Source: Williopsis jadinii (taxonomy: Eukaryota). Taken from it: DNA of 64,000 nucleotides. The position numbers and the translations under genes were made by a program. The stretch covers positions 1,116,001-1,180,000 of the forward strand of contig AP024666.1 of assembly GCA_024346625.1 (NCBI GenBank), in the 5' to 3' direction. Of this stretch, positions 57,023 to 64,000 are shown one piece after another (position 1 is the stretch's first letter; the number at the start of each line of letters is the position of its first letter). The notes beneath the pieces were generated by a model. The model was given only the letters and a program-made list of their open reading frames with translations, was not told where the DNA came from and made no database searches.

Positions 57023-57552
57023 CGCCTCTATACGGTTGTTTATCAATCTATAGATCTAAGATGAGTTTGAAGGATTCAAAAGGAATGGTGAAATGGCTCA
57101 TGAACAAATGTGGCAAAAATATTGGGCCCCAGGCGCCCGTCCCCCGGTCCTCGCTTCAAATACCTGCCTGTGATTTTTAAAGCCGCTCGGGAACTCTAAA
57201 CAGCACCGAAGCAGGGGAGATTCATGCAAAGGGAAGACAGCGTCGGTGTTATAAAATTCAGTAAGGGAAGCTCGGTCGTGGCGGAAAGCTCATGTGATAT
57301 AAATCGAATGAATGTTTATTATGTTGAAATGGTTATAAGTTAACGAAAGAAAAGAGTGTATAAGATGCGAAAATAAACAACGAGCACCATGTTTAAATTA
57401 TTCAATGCTTGTATGCCCCATAATTGTTGCCTTTCTTGGGCCTGTAATTATACTTCAATGCACAGCGGTTGTGTAGTATGCCAGATTTCCGAGGAAAAGA
57501 GAGAAAGGTGGGTGTCTCTATGGATACATCTGTTGGTGAATACCTTTCTCCA

Positions 57553-58199
57553 TCATCGGCTGATGGATGAGCTCGTGTCTGAGGAGCCCCTATCTGAGTA
57601 ATCTGACATCATGTCTTCTGCCCAATTGACCCTGTTTCGAGGATTCCTGCTGGAATTCACAGATGAAGAGCTCGAGTTGTTATAGTTGGCGCGCGCGGTC
57701 TGTGCGTTACCAGAGCTGTCCGAATCCAAATCTACATCCACCTCGCTGGACGAAGTCAGCTCCCTTGTGAATGCTGTAGATGTAGATACTCTGCTCAAAC
57801 GTTCAAGCTCCTCCTGTTCTAATACCACCCTTCTGACGTCTTGAATCGATGCCTGGAACGAAGTGTCGTCGTCATCACTGGATCGTGCATGTGTGATTGT
57901 GAGAATCACTAGTAGTAAAGAGATACTGTTGTTCTCTCTGGTATAGTGACAATAGACGAAAACCTGCATGTACCTCACTTACGAGACACTAGTGGTATGA
58001 ATACTGGTAAGTGCGATGTAATTTATGAGATATCCTGGTCTAGATCCCCAAGCTTGAATACCTAGCGAAGATGTTGACGTATGAACGCTGGTAAAGGTGA
58101 ATTAGACGCGCGATTCACAATACCTGTTTGATCCTGACCGGAAGAACTGGCTTGAGGAGGTGGCTTGCGCTCAAGGAATTGTAACTGACTACGTTCCAT
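57553..58199 (-). CDS. Putative 3-exon orphan gene (about 159 aa): exons 58124..58199, 57983..58061, 57553..57877
   Basis: Frame-consistent model with GTATTG..TAG (62 nt) and GTAAGT..CAG (105 nt) introns. The acidic, Ser-rich last exon ends RNRVNWAEDMM. Branch points are poor. Confidence 0.35.
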
Positions 58200-59284
58200 G
58201 GTTGTCGTTATATATACACGTCTGTCAATGTCCGAAGTCTAACACTAACTGTCTCACTCCTCATGCATATTTGTTCATTGTGCATTGAGTACTAGTTCAC
58301 CTACACCTATAACAAGCGTTCAGAGCTCTCGCCCCATCGTGGTTACTGGATCAACTTTCAATGTCATAGAGCATAAGGTGTCCCTACCGCCTCTTCATCT
58401 TGCAGACGCAATGGGATTTTCCGAGAAAACTGACTTGGTAAGGGACACAACCAGTGGCAACACCGCCATAAACATACGTTTCTTTTTAATGTCGTGCCTC
58501 TACCACTTTGACTGGTCGGAATTAAAGACAACGTACTCGATGCTGATTTCAAAATGTGACTGACTAAAAAACAGCCTGCCGTTGTTAGAAAGGTAACAGA
58601 TTTTGGATCCCAGTTTTATATTTTAGACGCGAGTGTAACTGAATAACGTTCGATTTTGCTGTAATTGCGAGATCAAAGCATCCAGCCCAGACTTTTGCTT
58701 GCTAAAAACTCAAAACGCTATGTACCACAGGGCTGTGCCAAAAAGAAAAAAAGCTTGCTGTGGCATATAGAGAATACCATCTTATCTCACAGGAAGGTTG
58801 ACTGGATGCTATAGAACCCTCTGTAAATGTACCTTCATGATGTCCAGGTAGAATGAACCGCCGATAAATCCCCGTTCTCACGCAAACACAATCCTTAGAG
58901 TGTGTATTCCATTGAATTTGGGGAAAACACCATTTTGGCTGTCGTTCTTTGTCTCCCTTTTTCCGGTTTCAACACATGATCGGGATGTAACTTCACCAAC
59001 CATCAACTGTAGATTATTCCTAGGTTAGGATTTTGATTGTGTGTGCGGGCTCACGCACTTTAATTGAACGCTTTATGCTGGTAGGATGACAGTTAGAGAT
59101 ACACAGCCCATTCTGGCAGCTGCAAGTGGGATTCCACTCTGTTGCACACGGGTCAAAGCCAAATGTGTGACGCTCCGGCCGAACTACAAAGTACACAACT
59201 TGCAACCCCAAGTTTACGAAACTTGTGATGATGTTATCGAACTGGTGGTATTTCTGAATGATGGCACCTTGGAGGAACATTACC

Positions 59285-59408
59285 ACTGATCAAGACGCTA
59301 TTAGTACTGATCAAGACGCTGTGAGCACTGTGCAGTGCGCAGTGCGCACGAGACAACTGGCTAACACTGAAATGTGCAATTACCAACTGCCAACTGCCAA
59401 CTGCAACT
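59285..59408. repeat. Cluster of short direct repeats upstream of the RING gene
   Basis: ACTGATCAAGACGCT x2 (59285, 59306), GCAGTGC x2 and CCAACTG x3. Confidence 0.8.
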
Positions 59409-59908
59409 TCCGAAGGGGAAACGAATGCTTTTAGTCCTCGTCATACATATGCTGCTCAAATTATAAACTACCCCGGCATTTTCCTTTTATTTTCTTCAGC
59501 TTCAGCTTTATAAAAAAGACGAAAAAGTGGTTGAATTTCAATCTGTAGCTCTTTTACACACCCTCTCCCAAAACAGATCAACCTCTACAGACATATTGAG
59601 AAGCTTAAAAGTAGTCCAGTGAGGGTTCAAGTGTAATCGGGACTCTACAATATCAAGCACCTCAAATCGGCTCTAGCACTGATCAGGAGTTTCGGACTTT
59701 TCACAGAATCACTAGGGGAGTTACTGTCTCTTGGCTTCAGGGTAATCTACAGTACAGGCACCGGGAATTCAATTTCAGAGGGACATATATATCACCCAGG
59801 GTATCTCCATGGAAAGGCCACTCTCTCATAGTATACCTGTTTGATTTTGTCGCTTTTCATCTTTCTGCTTCCACTGAGTAATACGCTATCCCCCACCCCA
59901 CGATCTCT

Positions 59909-61117
59909 ATGGACAGACCTCCGGAACCATCATCTATCGTCTTCTTTGTTGCGGTGGCAATAGGTATCATTATCGCAATAGTGTTTGTGTTTTTCTCACT
60001 GAGATACTATGTCAGAACAAGACTGGGGATATATGGCAATGCCCGACTAACCTCACGCAACGGTGCCTTGGTGTTGACAAATGGGGGCCTGCAACGGCTG
60101 GGGATGTACTCGATGAACAGGCAGCAGCGCCGCAGGTTCTTGAAGAAGCGGAGACTCACGCAGGAAGAAGTGGACCATCTGTTCCCTCTACGTACTTACC
60201 AGGAATGGCTAGATGGTGGTGCTGAAATGGACGAACATGCAAGAGGTATCGCCGCTGAACTTAAGGAGGAAGACGATGACCTTTTGCTGGATCAACAGCA
60301 GCATGGAACGGACGTTTCTCGTGAGAACACTCCATCTGCGGCTGATGACAACACCGCTGCGTCAACAACCAATGACAGCGCACTAGGCACAAGCCAGAAG
60401 AGTGCAAACGTTGTAGCGGTACACTCTGATTATAACCAGACTGAGATTACAAATCCATCTGCTCGTAATCCAGAGATTGACCTTGGAACCGCCACCTATG
60501 AAATACACTTTGACTCGGGTACTTGTGCCATCTGTATCGACACCTTTGAGCCAGAGGATGAGGTTCGTGGGCTGATCTGCGGACACGTCTTCCATCAAGC
60601 GTGCCTGGATCCATGGCTCACCAAGAGAAAAGCATGCTGTCCTATGTGCAAACGTGATTATTACTTAAAGAAGAACGAGGACTCCGATAATACAGATAAC
60701 GGTGATGTAAGGGATGACGAGCCGGTAGCTGCTGGTGAAGATTTTACTGAGTTCCAGTACCTGACACTACAGCAAAGAGCCGATGAGATTGTACGGAATA
60801 ATCCAGCTATTGGTATTGCTGCAAAGGAGAAGATCAAACATTTTTTACGTACTAGATGGATGTTTTTTTGGTTCATAATGGGTGTTTCGAGACAAGACTT
60901 GATCAACTGTGCTATAGTAAACGAGGCAGAGAGACGCATCAATGGGCTTCAGCAACAAGAAGACCAGTCACCAGAAGAACACAGAGATGGCGGAGCAGAC
61001 ATGGAGAACGCTATTAATACTAATAATGATAATGATCCCAATGTGCAAAGTACTCGTGGTATCTCACCCGCTGGTGGTATGGCTCAAGACAGAAACAGGG
61101 CTGAACAAATGGTTTGA
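59909..61117 (+). CDS. Membrane-anchored RING-H2 E3 ubiquitin ligase
   Basis: N-terminal TM helix (IVFFVAVAIGIIIAIVFVFFSL), a basic patch and RING-H2 CAICIDTF..LICGHVFHQACLDPWL..CCPMCK. Confidence 0.88.
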   Translation: MDRPPEPSSIVFFVAVAIGIIIAIVFVFFSLRYYVRTRLGIYGNARLTSRNGALVLTNGGLQRLGMYSMNRQQRRRFLKKRRLTQEEVDHLFPLRTYQEWLDGGAEMDEHARGIAAELKEEDDDLLLDQQQHGTDVSRENTPSAADDNTAASTTNDSALGTSQKSANVVAVHSDYNQTEITNPSARNPEIDLGTATYEIHFDSGTCAICIDTFEPEDEVRGLICGHVFHQACLDPWLTKRKACCPMCKRDYYLKKNEDSDNTDNGDVRDDEPVAAGEDFTEFQYLTLQQRADEIVRNNPAIGIAAKEKIKHFLRTRWMFFWFIMGVSRQDLINCAIVNEAERRINGLQQQEDQSPEEHRDGGADMENAINTNNDNDPNVQSTRGISPAGGMAQDRNRAEQMV

Positions 61118-62589
61118 CTTTGCTTCAGTAACTTGGACAATAACTAAAGTCCCATGTGTATGAAGGTCATCATTGGGGTTTACTACTAAGGCTTGTCGTA
61201 TACTCATGCTCTCGCTCTGGTGCTCCTCTCTTCCCAGCCTGTTCGTACGTGTTTTTTCTCACCATGTCTCCTTCCTTTCTCGATCGCTGGTTGAAGATTG
61301 GCGATCTTTTTTCTTAACTTTTGGATATTATCATCGAATGGTAATTGACTAGTACTTATCTTGTAGTGTTATGTACTCATCAAATTTGTGAATTGATGAG
61401 GGTACTCATTCCGATGTGGGTGCGTATGGCGAGTTCCATCTTCTTGAAATCCATCTTCAAAGCACGTATGAGACCATACATATAATGATTTCGCTCAGAT
61501 ATGGCCATCACCAACTACGACGCGACGTAGTATCCATAATTCTAGTTTTGTGCTTGGTTATGGATATCAGGATCTTAGATCAGAGTTCAAAGCCTTGCAA
61601 TGACTTGTTGCTGGGTTCAAAAGTCGAAAAGGTGATGCTCAAATGTGGCTATTAGCTTGTAATGTGTTGTTTGTTTGGTGTCTGGGTTAAATATGACATA
61701 ACTTTCAGAATGTAATATATCGTGCTTTAAATAGCGGGTTTTGTTGGAGATAATCATCACCTATTGGTTAGCAAAGTGGTCTCTAGTGTTAATGTAGGGG
61801 GAGTTATAGGTGAATTGAGCAAATATTGATTATTTAGTCGGTACATCAAAGTGGTCTTTCCAATATTAACCAGACAATTTTTCATTAAAAGTTTTGATAC
61901 TGCGTGCATAATTTGAAAAACTATTGTTGTAATACTAAAATGTTATTAATACTGTTATTATTCGATCACGATTGTTATAACAGACAGTTAATACTATACT
62001 ACTAATTTTTCACCAGATGTGGATGTCATTTCAAAAGTACTATAACCATCTATTGTAGATACTTTAAATATATACGTGCTATAACTAGCTATATGGGATG
62101 ATGAGGGTAATGCAGAGACTCCCATGATGAAGAAATCCATAATGAAATAGCAGTACTTGCTAGTTCTACTACAGCAAAAGTAACAACTATTTCGTTATAT
62201 TTGATTATATAGGCCGTTTCAGGTGTAGTCAGTGAAGATAGAGCCTTGTAGCCGGCAAACAGTAGATTATCTGATACTTTTTCGACATAGACAGTTGACC
62301 CCGTGTAATTCATGTACCTCATCGCTGCATGATATGATTCATGGAATAATCTAAATCATCCACTCACAAAGCAAGAGCATGATCATCGATATGGTCAGAC
62401 CGTAGCAATGAATGGATCCTGCTAGTAGAGAATATAATGATGTTCGCCTACACGAACAGAGAAAACTCATATGATTTTATATTCAAACCTAGTCATTACT
62501 ATATAAGGAGTGGAGTATGGCTTCGATATCCACCAAAAGAAGAAAGAACAGAAAATTACTCAAACAGAACATCAAACAAGTAGGGATAA

Positions 62590-63965
62590 TCATTTCTTAC
62601 CGACAACTTCCCAGGCATCGGAATCACCAACAGCCAATTTTCCGGTGTTCTCGATGAGAACCTTGACATTGGATTCTTCAGCAGGGGTCTCCTCAGCGTT
62701 CTCGTGTTTTGGTTCCTCCTCTTCTTCCTCTTCATCATCCTCGGCAGCTAAAACGGAGAAAGCAGACTTTGAAGCAATTGGCTTTGGTGCATCCTCCTTC
62801 TTTGTAGCATCAGCTGAAGCAGTTCCCTTCTTTTGTCTTGGAGGAAGGGTTCCAGAACCTCTAGCAGAACCCCAATCAAATTCTGGTTCTGCTTTCTTTG
62901 GCTTTCTCTCTCTCTGAGGAAGAGATCCGGAACCTCTGGCAGAGCCCCAATCAAGTTCTGGACCTTCCTTCTTAGGTCTTCTTTCTCTAAACTCCCTACC
63001 ACCTTCTCTTTGCGGGAGTGAGGCAGCACCAGCTCTGGCAGAGCCCCAATCCAACTCAGGTTCTTCACGTCTTGGCTTACGTTCGTGGAATTCTCTACCA
63101 CCTTCTCTTTGAGGAAGAGAAGCAGCACCAGCTCTGGCAGAACCCCAGTCCAAATCAGGTTCTTCACGTCTTGGTCTACGCTCCTGGAATTCTCTACCGC
63201 CTTCTCTCTGTGGGAAGGCACCAGCACCAGATCTAGCAGAGCCCCAATCCAAATCAGGCTCTTCACGTCTTGGTCTACGCTCCTGGAATTCTCTGCCACC
63301 TTCTCTCTGTGGGAAGGCACCAGCACCAGATCTAGCAGAACCCCAATCCAAATCAGCATCCTCACGTCTTCTGGATCCGAAACCTTCCTTCTCTGGAGCA
63401 GCAACGGCAACGTAGACACGACGGCCAAACATCTCATTACCGGAGAACTTTAGGATGTTCTCGATGTCATCTCTTGAGGCCAATGTAACAAACGCAAAGC
63501 CTCTCAATCTTGAAGGATCGTTGAAGTCTCTTGGAGCTGAAATGTGTTGCACAGCATCAGTGGCCTGAAGAGATTCATGGATCCAGTCAGCAATGGAATC
63601 CTCAGATGCATCCCATGGCAAGTTGTTCATTCTAACTCTGTATGGAGGAGCATCTGGGATAGGGTACTCAACGTAGTCCCCTCTTGGGCCAGAGGAACCA
63701 GAGCCACCGAATGCCGGGTCTCGTGGGTTGGCTCCGCCAGTTGGAATACCAGTTTGACCAAAGTTCTTGGTGCTTGGGACGGCAATTGTGCTGAAGTCGA
63801 GGTCATCGTCAGCCCAAGAACCACCGCCAAAGGATTCGTCCTTCAAAAAGTCGGACAAGTCCATTCTAATCTGTTTCTGCTTTGGACCTGAATTGTTTTG
63901 CTTCCGTTAGTACATCCACTCTCGCCAAACATGAACCGAATAAAGGCACAACGGAACTCACCCAT
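62590..63965 (-). CDS. TIF3: Translation initiation factor eIF4B; exons 63962..63965 (ATGG) and 62590..63887
   Basis: MDLSDFL..GGSWADDD, an RRM (NNLPWD, RLRGFAFVT) and DWGSAR repeats. A 74-nt intron GTGAGT..TACTAAC..CAG gives the N-terminus MGPKQKQIRMDL. Confidence 0.95.
62830..63360 (-). repeat. Seven coding tandem repeats (mostly 78 bp / 26 aa) of eIF4B
   Basis: Recurrent xDWGSAR units, with near-identical adjacent nucleotide copies. Confidence 0.92.
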
Positions 63966-64000
63966 CGTGTAAAGATTGATATATCACTCGTCTTGGTTGT

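Noticed and set aside
62830..63360. Regularly spaced repeats as a CRISPR-like array
   Set aside because: They are in-frame coding repeats of eukaryotic eIF4B without unique spacers.

Overview
Gene-dense window from a budding-yeast (Saccharomycotina) nuclear genome using the standard code (CTG reads as Leu at conserved positions). It keeps respiratory complex I and a pre-whole-genome-duplication gene order; a Phaffomycetaceae-like yeast is my inference, not a determination. It holds about 26 recognisable protein genes and one tRNA-Thr(AGT). The genes are a 5'-truncated complex I 49-kDa subunit, a CSI2-like gene, TOP1, CDC5, RPB11, SIN3, PFA4, a YMR265C-like HAD, CAC2, CUE1/4, SAP30, CYR1, ARG7, Ebp1/Cdb4, RCO1, PDS5, an FNT transporter, a DUF1769-like gene, TAL1, an MTE1-like gene, a Zn2Cys6 TF, SAD1, RPN11, PDP3, a PPPDE peptidase, a TM-RING ligase and TIF3. 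I reconstructed nine spliceosomal introns in six genes that the ORF track misses. I also found cell-cycle promoter elements (MCB clusters and an Mcm1-Fkh composite). The main leads are these. Orthologues of genes linked to five different S. cerevisiae centromeres are concentrated here next to a 4.7-kb gene-free interval, a candidate regional centromere. Three convergent intergenic gaps are unusually long. A putative 3-exon orphan gene carries a PP1-docking RVxW motif. I found no mobile element, CRISPR array or clearly novel multi-gene system that I can support.
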